Source of the DNA: Trichinella spiralis
Lineage: Eukaryota
DNA length: 64,000 nt
Direction of reading: 5' to 3'
Assembly: GCF_000181795.1 (NCBI RefSeq)
Contig: NW_003526943.1
Span: 10,985,759 to 11,049,758 of the forward strand
This document shows, piece by piece, positions 14,501 to 38,602 of this stretch (position 1 is its first letter; each line of letters begins with the position of its first letter). The position numbers were made by a program, and so were the translations under genes. The notes beneath the pieces are model-generated. The model was not told the origin of the DNA. It searched no databases and saw only the letters and a list, made by a program, of their open reading frames with translations.

Positions 14501-17500
14501 TATTTAGTTTGAGAACATGACAATTTTATCTTGCAAAAGATTTTTAAAATCAAAAAATATATCGAAATAAAATTGTTAGTTTCATATTCTTGCTGTTCCT
14601 TGTCCTACAGTATGGTTCAAATAAAATTCAAATAGTTTTGAAACACTTAATAAAAAATAGGCAGTTGAACAACATGAAAAGGACGTTTTTATTTGATTCT
14701 TTTCCTTAAGTAAATGATTTAAAAATAATAATCTTTTATAAGTAAATATTTTAATAACATAATGAAAATTTACTCAAACAAATGATAAATGACATTGTTT
14801 TTGAAAATACGTCCTTATATGCCTTTTGTATTGAATTTGATGTTCTTCAAATCTTGTAATTTCTTCCATTATTAATTATTTTTGACATTCTACAAGGAAA
14901 TGGAGAATAAAGCATACAAGGAAGATGAAATACCGTATTATTAAATCATTTAATATTCACCATATTTATCCTTTTCTTTTGTTCTTCTGTAAATGCTACT
15001 GAATCATTCATTATCTTTGAAACATGCGTAAAAATGCTGGAAACAACTCACTTTGATTAATATTTCACCATTATTACATACCCGAGTGTCATTGGGTAAC
15101 ATTTATTTAGAGTAAATAGCTCTCGTGCGAGAAGTTAATTTCATTTGATCATGATGCAAAAATGAAAATTTTGCCTACAAAATAGTTATATTGATGATAT
15201 GACGAGTAATAAATTACAATGCAATCAAAATGCTGGCCTTTATTCTATGCTTCAAGTGCAGTTTGCAGTCATTTTTGCTATTTAACTCCTTAGTAATACT
15301 TGGTGCACATGCCAATGCATATTTGCAATTTTAAGACCAACTTGAGCAGGTCTCTTCTATGTTTTGTTTTTCATCAGAAATGTAAGAATTATTTGCCTTA
15401 TGCAGTTATGCTTTTTTATTACATTTTGCTGCTTGTTTTACACCATTTATACAATTATTGCAATAATTTTTAACTATGATTTTCTCTGTCATATTTACAA
15501 ATATAGATAGAATTAAATTTAGAATGGGACTGAATTCGACTTATCTGGATGATCTTAATTGATATTCTGAATACTTATTAATGTGAAAGTAGCTATTAGT
15601 AACTGTAGTATAACTCAAATGTCAGAGGTCACAGCTGTTATGGTCTGGCTTTTTTTTAAATTAGATGTTTGCATTAATCATTTATATTATTGTGGTCTAT
15701 TTATTTGTTGAATTATTTTTGAACTGAGATGGTTATGTGCTTCCTACATCAAAATGGTGTTGCATTCTTGTTGTGCCTTCTTTTTAGGACAAAATAAATG
15801 AAGCATATAATAAATTTTATTCTGTATAATACTTCCTACAGTAATAATTGTTCTTTACTTTATTTATAAGTATAATTTATACATGCAAATATTTATATTG
15901 TATTTTGTGAAATGAAATTGTAAAAACTGAAATACCTAATTCCTATATTCATTATTTTATATTCGAACTGTAACACACCAAATGATTTGCTAAAAATGCT
16001 TTTGAAATAAATTTAATATTTAAATTTTGCATGTTTTATTTATTATGAAAATTTATGAAAGAAATACTATCATGCGTATGGCTACATTTCAAAGCAGGAT
16101 AAATTTTAATTCATGAACATTAGCAGCATTGCTTAACTTGTTGATTTTGCTTAATGCAAATGAAAATGTAGCGCTCATCATCAGCTTCTCTCTCCGTTGC
16201 AGCTAATTGAAATGGATGCAATTCTTGAAGTGCTTTTGACCGTTGTATATTTGATATCTCGTTGAATGAGAAATATTTGGTTGAAGTATTTTGAACATAA
16301 TCGAATGCATTCCATAATTACATTAACACTGACTGCTTGCTACAGCAGCAATGGAAACCAAAATGAAATTTCTTGATTTTGATTAATTTTTTATGCTGTG
16401 ATTTTGTTAATGCATTAGCTGATGAATGATTCAAATAAATTATTAAACCATATGTAGAGATGAATGCTGTTTTGTGGCGTGAAATTGACATATTAAGTTG
16501 AACGTTAAACTCGAATAATTTTCAAACAGAAATTTCTGCCGTAGTCAAATATTGTTGTTTACAGTTTCTACTTGTAGTTGGTTGGAGATTGGTTAACCAA
16601 TCTCTGCGAAAAGTGCAATCAATGCAACGACGCTTTCTTCAACGCTTTTAGATGGTCATATATTAGTTTCTCTTTCCATTTAACATCTTGTGTGGCCCAT
16701 TCAGATATTTCCCTCTGGATTATTTATCTTCACTTGATGTGAAGTTAGGCTTATGGTTCGCCTGAAGCAGCGCTGATCAATAAGCATTCTACTGAAAAGA
16801 ACAGCTTTTCCAGGTTTGTAGGCGTGTAAGCGATTCTAGAATGCTCCTGAGAAATCAGCACGGGTCAATTAGATGAAATCAGTCGTGCCGCCTTTGTCGT
16901 GGCCTTCCAACAACCAGCAGTGTTAACTGGTCTTTCTTAGCTGAACTGACTTCATTAAAAGTCCGATTGGCTTGTGTGTTTGTCTCGATGCATATCCTCA
17001 AGCTGAAGATGCGTTCATTTTAAGCTGATCGACTGACTCAATGAATATGATCACTGTTGTTCTCTTTCTCATGCTTGCATAGCAGCTGTCACATGTTACC
17101 TTGCTAGATTTAAGTACTTACCTCTGCAAGGCAAACGTTATCTCTCCCCCTCTCTTTCTAATGCATGCATATTTAATTGTCGCAAACCTACTACTCTCAG
17201 TGCTCTTCAATATTAGTGCAATTTTGCTCACAGGGAAAGATGTTAAATGGTGAATATTAAAAGCACACATGCTGGGAATGTGTGAATAGTGATTTAAAAT
17301 TATTAAACATAAAACGGAAATGTTTTGTTATTTTGACAGAATTCGTATATAAAATGCCAAACAAGATATTAGATCTAGTTGAAATTTGAAATGATCTGCT
17401 GAAATGGAAATAGTGATGTTAATTTATTTTCTTATCAAACTATAACAAAAAGCGAATTTCAAAGCTGAAATTGGTCTTAAACAGCGAGCTGCTTTGTGCA

Positions 17501-18033
17501 TTGATTAATAGATACACAGCCAAGATGTATCCTGCTTCTTCGATGTTATCTGGAAAACAGCCGAAATTTAGTCTCAAATGCTAGCTATACAAGCAGTTAA
17601 AATTGTTCCCGTTGGCTTAGTGACAGCAAAGACCGATCAATCGAATATTTGAGAATCTGACGGGTCGGTTTGTCTGCTTTGTGTGCTTGTGAGTTTGTGA
17701 GCGTCTATCTGCCTTTGTGTGTATTTGCGCCTGCTTTCAACGATTCCAATTTTGAACCAACCACTCGTCAATTACTGTTGTCATCTGGCAGTTGGAGAGG
17801 GAATTTATTTCTCAGTCACCTGCATGGACAGGCAAGCGTAGAGTTGTTTTACCAGATGGAAACATGACTCTGCCTAGAACATACTTTAAGCATCCGACGA
17901 AAGCTTCCACTCATCCGTGCTTTTATTCTTAATGTATTATTAATATAACAACACATTTTTGAAACACTGTGATGTTTCTCCGTTTTCCTGCTGCACTGTT
18001 TGCTAGCTGAAATTGAAATTATTGCTTTGAAAA

Positions 18034-18043
18034 ATGGCTACTG
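18034..18043 (+). CDS. Candidate alternative first coding micro-exon D of NALCN (M-A-T-V...)
   Basis: aaa ATG GCT ACT G|GTAAAT, phase 1, downstream of a GC-richer island (17.5-18.0 kb). Confidence 0.45.
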
Positions 18044-19775
18044 GTAAATATTTTCAATATTTATTTATATATTAGCATATTAACCAGAAGTGAAAATTAT
18101 ATAAACGTTACGCATTCATACATACGTCAAAACAATTACAGCTTCTTTTGAAAATTTAAATTGCTCATGACAGAATTTTACCGAATATCAACTCTCGAGT
18201 ATTTATTAATATATAATTTAATATACTTATGCAGTGACGATGTGAGAATTTTATAAAAGTTTATTCAGTGCATGAAATTTCCTTTAAAATGGTATAAAAC
18301 GAACATTCATTTTCAAAATAGGCAAAAATTTATTCACTTTTTCTAAAGCTATTTTTCAAAAGTTGGAACCTTTGAATTACCTGCAGATTATAATATATTA
18401 TTAATAATATTCTTCAATTTTTCTTTGTTTGTTTGAGGAATTTGAATCACTTTTTTCTTATAATAAGATTTAAAATGATCAGCAATTAGTTTGTCAGAAT
18501 GTGCATTTTTCGAGCATGAGAAATTCTGAGCATTAAATTGATAATTACTCTGAAAATTTTCGTTTATTTAATTTTACATCATCATTTGCATTGATTATTT
18601 ATTTCATTTGATTTTTAAATACATTTCATTAACGCGAATTATTCAGTAACTTAAACCATGTATTTATAATTATAACATTGATATTCAAACTTATTAATTA
18701 GAGAAAAATACATTTGAATGATAAGGAAAAATTGATTACAGTCTTGTAATTATTTAATACTGTATAACTGATAGTATCGTGCATCAAGATGCTTCAAAAA
18801 ATTAATGGACAAAGATGTACTGCAAAATGAACATCAAGTTGAAAATTGTTAATGAAAAATATTTTACATGGGAACCTCTTTGAATAATCAAAAGTATTAG
18901 CATAAATTATTACTTACTGTTGTGTCAGAAAATTATATTTGAAAAGCATAGTCATAAAAGTATGTGCAATTTTGTGAAACATATTCTTTCTGCAATTTAA
19001 AATTTTGTAAATTTTTAACTGTAATGCTTTTTGGCATGCAAATTATTTTGTTTTTCTTTATAAATCATATAATTCTTATAACTTACGGATACTCAGCAAT
19101 TTAAAACACGTCGGTTTATTTTAATAATTCATTCATTCATTGTTTAAAAAATTATTTTTATTTCATGGTATTATTTATGTATCCATTGCGTGAATTAAAT
19201 GTATTATGCATATTTATTCATCTGCACTATAATATATACGTATGTAAGGCATTATTTGTTTCTTTTGATGATTTATGATATTTGATAACTTATTGAAGAT
19301 ACCATGAAATGTACCATTAAATATGCAGATTCTGCTTAGCACAGTATCAGTATTAAAATTAGAATTTTTAACATGAAAAGAATTTTGTATTTTTCATTTT
19401 TCTAAACGGAAACTCTGTGGTGTAGATTTGCATGTTGAACTCGGTGAATTTTCCGCTTTTAAAATTACCCGCCATGCAAACATTTTAAAGTATTGGTATA
19501 GGAAAATTAAATTAGGCAGAACACTCCAAGTCAGAATCAAGCAATTTGTATGAACTCTTTCTTACTCATGTGGATCGCTCTTTGATTTATCCCCTTTTTC
19601 TTATTTCTCTTGCAACGGCCACGCCTCAGCTGATAGAGATTGATCTGAGCCTAATCAGGCAGGCGATCTCCATTTTTCAAATATCTAGCATCTAGCAGCT
19701 GAAGTACGGCTTGTTTTACTTGTTCACGCATTTTGGTTTTTTTTAGTTACAAAAGCAGCGGCCATCTCGTCCGCG

Positions 19776-31391
<11,616 letters not shown>

Positions 31392-32125
31392 GATCACATT
31401 GATCAACGATCGATTTTAAAAAATCTATAATTAATTTTCCTCTATACAAACAAACCACTGCGGGTAAACAAACACTGATCTTTACAGCATCAACTTCAAT
31501 GTTATATTAGTAATGCAATAAACGACTGTCTCTGTTGTTGACATTTTTGCAACGATCACTTTGTCATTAACAATGAAAAATTTCCATTTATTAATAGCAA
31601 ATTGATCGCATATACTATTTAAATTATGTGATGCTTCAAATTTCTGCCAAATGTTTTCAATTTCTTTTAATTTTTCTTAATATTATTTAAAATTTAATTT
31701 TTGTACTTCCCTGAATATCACATTCACCTACAGTAAATAAAGAAGAATTTAATTATACGAATGAATGAAACTGATATTTTTGGAAACGGCATTGCAAAAA
31801 TAAAGTGTTTAACGAAAATATACATTTCTACACATATGCAATACAACACACTGTAATTATACTCAATATATTACTGCGTATTTCAAGTTATAAAAAATAA
31901 ATAATTTTTGAACATTAGAATTGGAAAAGAGTTCGAAATTTCATAAAAGAAAAATTGTTTTGAAGCAATAATTTACTCACTACTCATACAGGAATTATGG
32001 AATGCATGTTTTACTTTTGCTATAGTTGTTTCTGTTCAGTTTTAATTATGCCAATATGCGACTTGTGATGAAATATTTTATGCCAAGTGTAATAAAACTT
32101 TACGTTGAGGAACAAGTGAACGGAT

Positions 32126-32198
32126 GTCCTTGTAGTGTAGCGGTTATCACGTCTGCTTTACACGCAGAAGGTCCCTGGTTCGAACCCAGGCAAGGACA
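32126..32198 (+). tRNA. tRNA-Val: tRNA-Val (anticodon TAC)
   Basis: 73-nt cloverleaf: acceptor GTCCTTG/CAAGGAC, anticodon stem TCTGC/GCAGA with TAC at 32159-32161, T-arm CCTGG-TTCGAAC-CCAGG. T5 Pol III terminator at 32203-32207. Confidence 0.96.
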
Positions 32199-33495
32199 GG
32201 ACTTTTTGACAAAAGTACCCTAAATTTTCTTGAATAAAAGCTGAAAAGCGACTGAGAGAAATTAAAAACGCAATAATGCAAAAGATAAACACTGGGTTTG
32301 TGAATGTGAAAGATATTATATACTGTATGAAACATTGTTTATTATGAATTACTATTTAGTTTGTTTACTTTTGAAATCAAATTCTTATAATAAATGATAT
32401 AACAAATTCAATTTAGTCATGGGATGATATTTTGAGAAATAACTGCACAATTTTCTGAGGTATACTATGAAAGTCAGCGTAAATCTGATCGATCTTCAAA
32501 CAAGTGAACTGTTTGTTATTCGAAATACAGGTGAAAACTTGAACTTGAAGAGCTTTCATATATGCTCATGGAATAATTATTAAGCCAACATAGAGCCTTT
32601 ATTATAGAGTAAATATGATAAGCAGAACAATGGCTCGACACGGAGAGCGCAAAACAAATTCGAACAATTACAATTACTCAAGTTCGCGTTTATAAATGTT
32701 AAGTCAAATGCGCTTTAGCATGTTAAGTTGGTAGTAACCAAAATTAGCAGTTGATGATGCATTGGCAAATTAGATTTTGACTCATTCTCGAGCACAGTAT
32801 CTGTAAAAGACAGATTTTAACATTTATTAGAAATAATCAAAAATAAACAAAGAAGCGTCTGCCTACTGATGCGTGTATAAAATTTCTGATATATGCTGCT
32901 GTGAATGTTTAGATAATTTACCATCATGTAAAAGATTATGTATTTAAAACATCATGAGCACGCGTGAAGAAGTTGCTGGAATAACTGAGCCATGAAAAAC
33001 TGTTATCATTATGGAGAAATATGTAAATTAATTCTTATCTGCATATTTTTCATGGTAGCAGGTGTTTTGTACGTCAATAATGCTTAGTGAGAGGAATGAA
33101 CGATACATTCCATGTTTTTGCAAACGAATTGCTTTAAAAATGCCAACAGGCATGAAGATATTTAATTGCTGCAACTGATTGTTCCCATTTACCTCAACTA
33201 TTAAATTTAAACCATTAACTAACTGATGATTTCAATGCGGAAGGTGATTTGTGCACTTTTAGAGCAATACTTGAGCTAATTAAAAATTATTTTATTTATG
33301 CATAAATTTAGACAATAATTTTCATTGAAATGCATGATAATTTTGAATTCAAAAAATACAAAGTGATCATTTTCACATAATATCAACAGCAATAAGAATA
33401 ACAATAGCAATATAATGTGCACAGATTAAGACATAAAATTATGTTTGAATTATTTGAAGTTATCAAGTGAGTAGAAAGGGTGTCAACTTGACCAA

Positions 33496-33708
33496 TCACC
33501 ATTTGATATCGATCACTGGGCACGTCTGACCGGGCGGTGTTGGACGCTCAGCGAGTTTGATAGGCCTTGGATTCTCAGGCTTCATTCTTTTAAGTGGCTT
33601 CTTCTTCTCCTCTTTTTTCTTCCTTCGAAATAAGCATCCTGCCAACAGACCCACAAGCAGAACTAAGCACAATCCCGACAAGAGAGCAATTTCACTGTAC
33701 GCTAGCAT
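33496..33708 (-). CDS. Small single-pass membrane protein (70 aa), unknown family
   Basis: MLAYSEIALLSGLCLVLLVGLLAGCLF followed by basic RRKKKEEKKK and a Pro-rich tail. GC-richer than its flanks. Confidence 0.55.
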   Translation of the reverse strand: MLAYSEIALLSGLCLVLLVGLLAGCLFRRKKKEEKKKPLKRMKPENPRPIKLAERPTPPGQTCPVIDIKW

Positions 33709-34781
33709 ACTGCTTCGAAAATGTCCAAACGATGTCACCGTATGGAAAACAGAATTCAAATGTTCTTTTCAACTTTTGTCGCCTGAATATGCCGAGGTTT
33801 AAAGTGACTGAGTCTTATTTAAATTAAACAAAGCAGTCAAATCACAAATGCTTTAAACTTAAACTTTTTTACTTTAAAATTTTCACAAAACATTGCCATT
33901 ATTTCAATAATGAATACATTTTTTTCATATTAAATTTTGTTTTATGCTATATTATTTTATTTATTATTATTTGCAGAATTTTTGATATTAATATTGTTGA
34001 ATGAAATCAACTTTGCAATTTACCAAAAAATATTATCTATAAATATTTAAAAAAAAGAGATTATGCATGAAAACACTATCTTTATTGCAAGTATTTGCAT
34101 TAATAATTTCATGCTTCTTTTATAGCAATTTTCATTTGCAACGAAGAGAGCTGTCACATACAACATTCATTCAATTTGAATGAATATTTCAAAATCAAAA
34201 AAATGTTATTAATTCTTATTATAATTTGAAAAAAACTGCAAATTGTTGAATCACTGCTGTGACTTAGTGTGATTTTTCAATACACTACAATAATTATCAG
34301 TATATAATTTTGATACCATATACTTTCAAAATTATTTCATAACATGTAACAACAAGAAAACTGCCAAAAATAACATCATTTATAAAAACATTAATATTCC
34401 AACAAAATGAAAACAAACACTGCAATGTTAATAAAATGAAAATAATCATGCAAAAGCATTAAATTTTTGAAGAAAAAACAATTTAAAGTAATCTTTAGAC
34501 TGCTATGCTTAAGTTCTGCTGTGTCGATTGCTTTCTTTGAACTTTGATGAGAAATATAAGAAACAAAATCACAGTAGCTCACTTTATCATTTATAGGACA
34601 GATAATGAATTAAATGAGTATTGGCTTTAAATCAATTTCTTAGTAATGCTTCCAGCAAATAATTGTATGCATAAAACTGATCATCGAAAACAATAATTTC
34701 ACTTAAAATGATTTACTATTTGATAAAATGAACGAATCATAAGAACAATAATAATAGGCAAAATAAAAAATATGTGCGCAA

Positions 34782-37700
34782 TCAACTTCTGCATGCCGAA
34801 GACCATTTGCAAAATGCTTCACTTAATAATTTGCAAAAGCCTTTCAGGGAGAAGTCTTCTGTCTGCTGATATGCAACGAAAAGCTCACGAGCATTAGAAA
34901 AACTGAAAAAAGTTACAATATAATATATACATGTATATGTGTATATGTATAGAAAATTTCTTTCTCTAATACATACTTCTCAACCAGCAAACCATCCACC
35001 CAAAAGCCGCTCAAAACAACTGCTTTAGGATCTGGATATTTCAAAAGATCAATTTTAAAGCTTCCTTTGAACATTAAAACTTGACTCCAATCGCAAAACG
35101 GTATGGTCAAACTGAAACAAACATAAAATGTTCATACGCTGTCCAACAACAGCTGACTGTATGCATTGATGGATTACGTGGAACAATCATCCATGGTCGT
35201 ATCAGGATACTGATAAAAGATTGAAGAAATTTCAGTGAATGTTTTCTTTGCATTTTCCATAAAATAGGACAATTCCAAAAGGAGCTAAATTTAAAATGTA
35301 CAGAAAAAAAGAAATCTATGCACAAAAAAAATACTCTATAAAAATCTGTTTCTTCAGGAAATGATGCTTTCAATGTTGAAGCATCTTTCAACAGAGGATA
35401 AGAAAGCAACGACTTTGAAAACATCAACTGCAAGTTGTCGAAATTTTCATTCAACAAAGGAATGGCTAAAAATCCCACCATCAGCATCAGAAAACAATGC
35501 ACACAGTTAAAAAAAGAAAAAACACCACGTACCTATATCCACTTCTGCAGTCCAGTCAGAGAGGAATTTTCGTTCGGGATATTTTTCGTCAGAATATAGA
35601 AAAAAATTATAAACGCAATTCCAATTTTTAAGTGTAATTTTTTCTTCACTAATGCAAATTACTGTCCAAGGAAAGCACATTTTGTACAATTTAAATACAT
35701 CATCTGTCATTTTCTCTTTCAAGCAACTGTTTCTGACCGATTGCAGACGTTTTGCTTCTTCAAAAACAGACGAAACTGATCGCCTTCAAGCAAAAAATTA
35801 CAAAAAAATATTAAATAAAAAAATATTTTCACGTCATTACAGCTGCTCATTCATGTTTTCCAATATTTCATCTTCGGTAATGTTGTCAGAGTTGTTTGTC
35901 CTTTCCGCATTTTCCAAAACTAATAATTTCAATTTTTCCAATGCTAAAATGATAAAAATTTTCTGAATAAAAATTACAGTATGCAGCAAAAAGAAAGAGA
36001 GAACTTTTTTTGTCAGTCAAAAAAGGATCGTCAAGTAACAGTGCAATGTGTTGCAACTTTTTGCTGACGATCAAAGCGTTGAATAGCTGTCGATGCAACA
36101 CCTGAGACAATTTCCTAAGCTGATCCAAACGTAGCTCAATCAGCTCTTTCTCTGCCTCATAATGCGCCGATCTAGTTAACACAGGATCTCGAGCACAAAG
36201 CTGAAATTAATCAAATTTCAACAAAATATAAAAATATCATCATCATAATATTTATGTTTCGTTTTTCTTCAATTCACTTTTTATTATAACTATAATTTAT
36301 TTCAATTAATTTACTTGTTCCACTGTTGCAGTTCTAAAAAATGATTCCATTTCTGGGTCTTTAAGGGCAAGTTCTTTCAATTCTTCTTCCAGTTCACGAG
36401 AAGATTTTTCCAATTCAGCTTCATAATCTTCGTTTGATTGTTTCAAAAAATCCACCTGAGCTTTATCAAGCAACTGAGCAGTCAAATGATCAACAAGCTT
36501 GCACTCCTGAATTCAAACAACAACAACAACAACGACAACAACAATAATAATAATATATCATATAATTTCGATCAACATGAAAGCTAAAGACATACTATGT
36601 CATCAGTAGTTAGCAACATTGACATTGTGAGTTCGGGAATAAGTGATGGAATCTCATTGGGCAAATCTCCAAGTTTTTTTTCATTATTCAAAAAAACTGC
36701 CAACTTGTCAATTTCGGATTTCATCCCAGAATAACCCCTGTTTTCTGCAAAATTGCCAATTTCTCGTAATGCATCCATTTGGCCTATTTTAATAAAATCG
36801 CATGTCGACTGGACGAAAGAAGAACATGCTGAAATATTAAAAACTGATCAACCAACTGAAATCATCATTGAAAACAAACACATACAAGCTTCGGGTATTT
36901 CAGGATGCGAAAGTGAAACGTGTCCAAGTGATGCACTTTTCTATTATAAAAACCAACAGCTATACAACTTCATATAATTATCAAATTGCAAAAAATAATC
37001 AAACTTCAACATTCGCCAATGAACTTTTTGAATTCAAATTTTTCTTTTCCATTGTGAGGCTCGCTAAAAAGCACGCTGCAATTACGAAAGCAACAAGCAT
37101 CACGCAAAATTATTTACATTCTTCAATAGCCATATCGGATAAAGATGGATTCGCTTCGGTTCTGAAAGACAAACGGTGCGGCTGAACAACACGAGGCTCC
37201 TCTACTACATTGCAATAAAAAAACAATTAAATGCAAAATAAAATTGCACTTTCGTCAAATAATAATAATTCGAGTTACGATGAGTAATCACACTATTCGA
37301 CTGCTTTATTTCGTCCTTTGACGAAACTGGCACGATGTCTTCTACTTTATCGTGCCTAAAAAAACAAAATGTTCACACAAAATAGAAACAAAATTTCAAA
37401 TTTAAACAGCTCTACTCTGGCGTGGTGGCCGCATAATTTTCAAAAAATGATGACACCTCTGATGATTCAGACATGTCCTTCAGCGGTTGTAAACTTTCAT
37501 ATGCAACATAACGCTTAGTTTCTTGCATATTTGCAAACAAATCATCACCCACCAGCGGTGTACTGTGCATGTATAAATTCGGCCTCCAGCTAATATTTGG
37601 TGTCCACTGTGGCCTGAGATGTTGTGTACTGTGTCTCAATGCGTGAATATTGCAATACAAAAAACTTACATCGACTGCATACAAGAAGTTTCAACTTCAT

Positions 37701-38602
37701 TCTTGGGAGGTAAATCTGCCGTTGGACGAACTCAAAAGGAAACATTAACATCTAATAAACAATAAAGAGTACACAAAAGTATTTCCTCACTTTCTAAATT
37801 CTGGCACGGAAAAGCTTCAACATTAGAGTATGAGCTTTTATCACTACTTGCAATTTCCATACTCACAGCTTCAGAATAAGTAGTCTTGGTTATATTTTTC
37901 AAATCCACTTTTGGTGGCACTGTTTCACTAAAATAATTAAATTACACTTCACATAAATGACGACATACTTTAATTACGCTGTATCCTTGAAAACTTCGTC
38001 GGCACTGTCCTCCGTCAGCTTTTCTAAAATTTATGAAGCTTTTAAATTCTTTCACATTTTTCAAACACATTCAAAAATAATATTCACACGATCAAAATTT
38101 TTACTATCTTCAAAAAGTTTCACAAAGTTAAAATATAAAATTAGACATATCTCACTTTTACTTGGATATCTGCTATTTCAAATACTGGCTACTCATTTTT
38201 AAAATCAATATTTATAATTTTCTTTCAAAATAAAAATGGCATTGATTCAAAAATATAACATTTTAATACAAATTAAAAAACATTATTTTTGTAATTTGTA
38301 ACTGAAAACCAAAATCAAATACAAAAATTCAAAACTGACTTACCACTTGACTTTTGAGAATTGCCCGATTCACTGACAATTTCTCTAAAATAAACATTAA
38401 CAATAATAATAAGCTCAATTGTACATGGCATCAATTACTCAAAATAATCAATTTGATCTCTTTCAGGAGCAAAACTGACCCGCTTTTTCGTTTGAACTGT
38501 ATTCTCTGTTTTAAGAATCTGAAACAAACTGTAATAATATATAATATTTTAAAAAGTTTAATTTTATCTTACTGAAGATCTTCTATTTGGAGGAGCTGCC
38601 AT
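34782..38602 (-). CDS. KNL1: Kinetochore scaffold KNL1/Spc105 orthologue; 20 exons, ~779 aa
   Basis: Spliced N-terminus MAAPPNRRSS|ILKTENTVQTKKRVSFAP (SILK + RVSF), disordered middle, Spc7-type coiled coil (ELEEELKELALKDPEMESFF...SAHYEAEKELIELRLDQL) and an RWD-like C-terminus. Exons: 38602-38573, 38518-38439, 38384-38344, 38023-37978, 37927-37791, 37730-37670, 37613-37416, 37355-37279, 37204-37118, 37063-37005, 36940-36886, 36828-36596, 36506-36315, 36200-36005, 35943-35841, 35783-35533, 35465-35335, 35284-35178, 35111-34977, 34902-34782. Total 2340 nt, open frame. Confidence 0.82.
36517..36554. repeat. (CAA)n(TAA)n microsatellite in a KNL1 intron
   Basis: acaacaacaacaac...aataataataat. Confidence 0.8.

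Noticed and set aside
6775..17694. Other donor-like sites (6775, 7524, 8944, 9070, 12597, 13391, 17689) as NALCN first exons
   Set aside because: No open in-frame ATG, or wrong phase for the 19746 acceptor.
2304..19700. Short ORFs listed in the 2-20 kb region as independent genes
   Set aside because: Low-complexity F/I/L/K/N-rich translations typical of AT-rich non-coding DNA, with no coherent exon chain.
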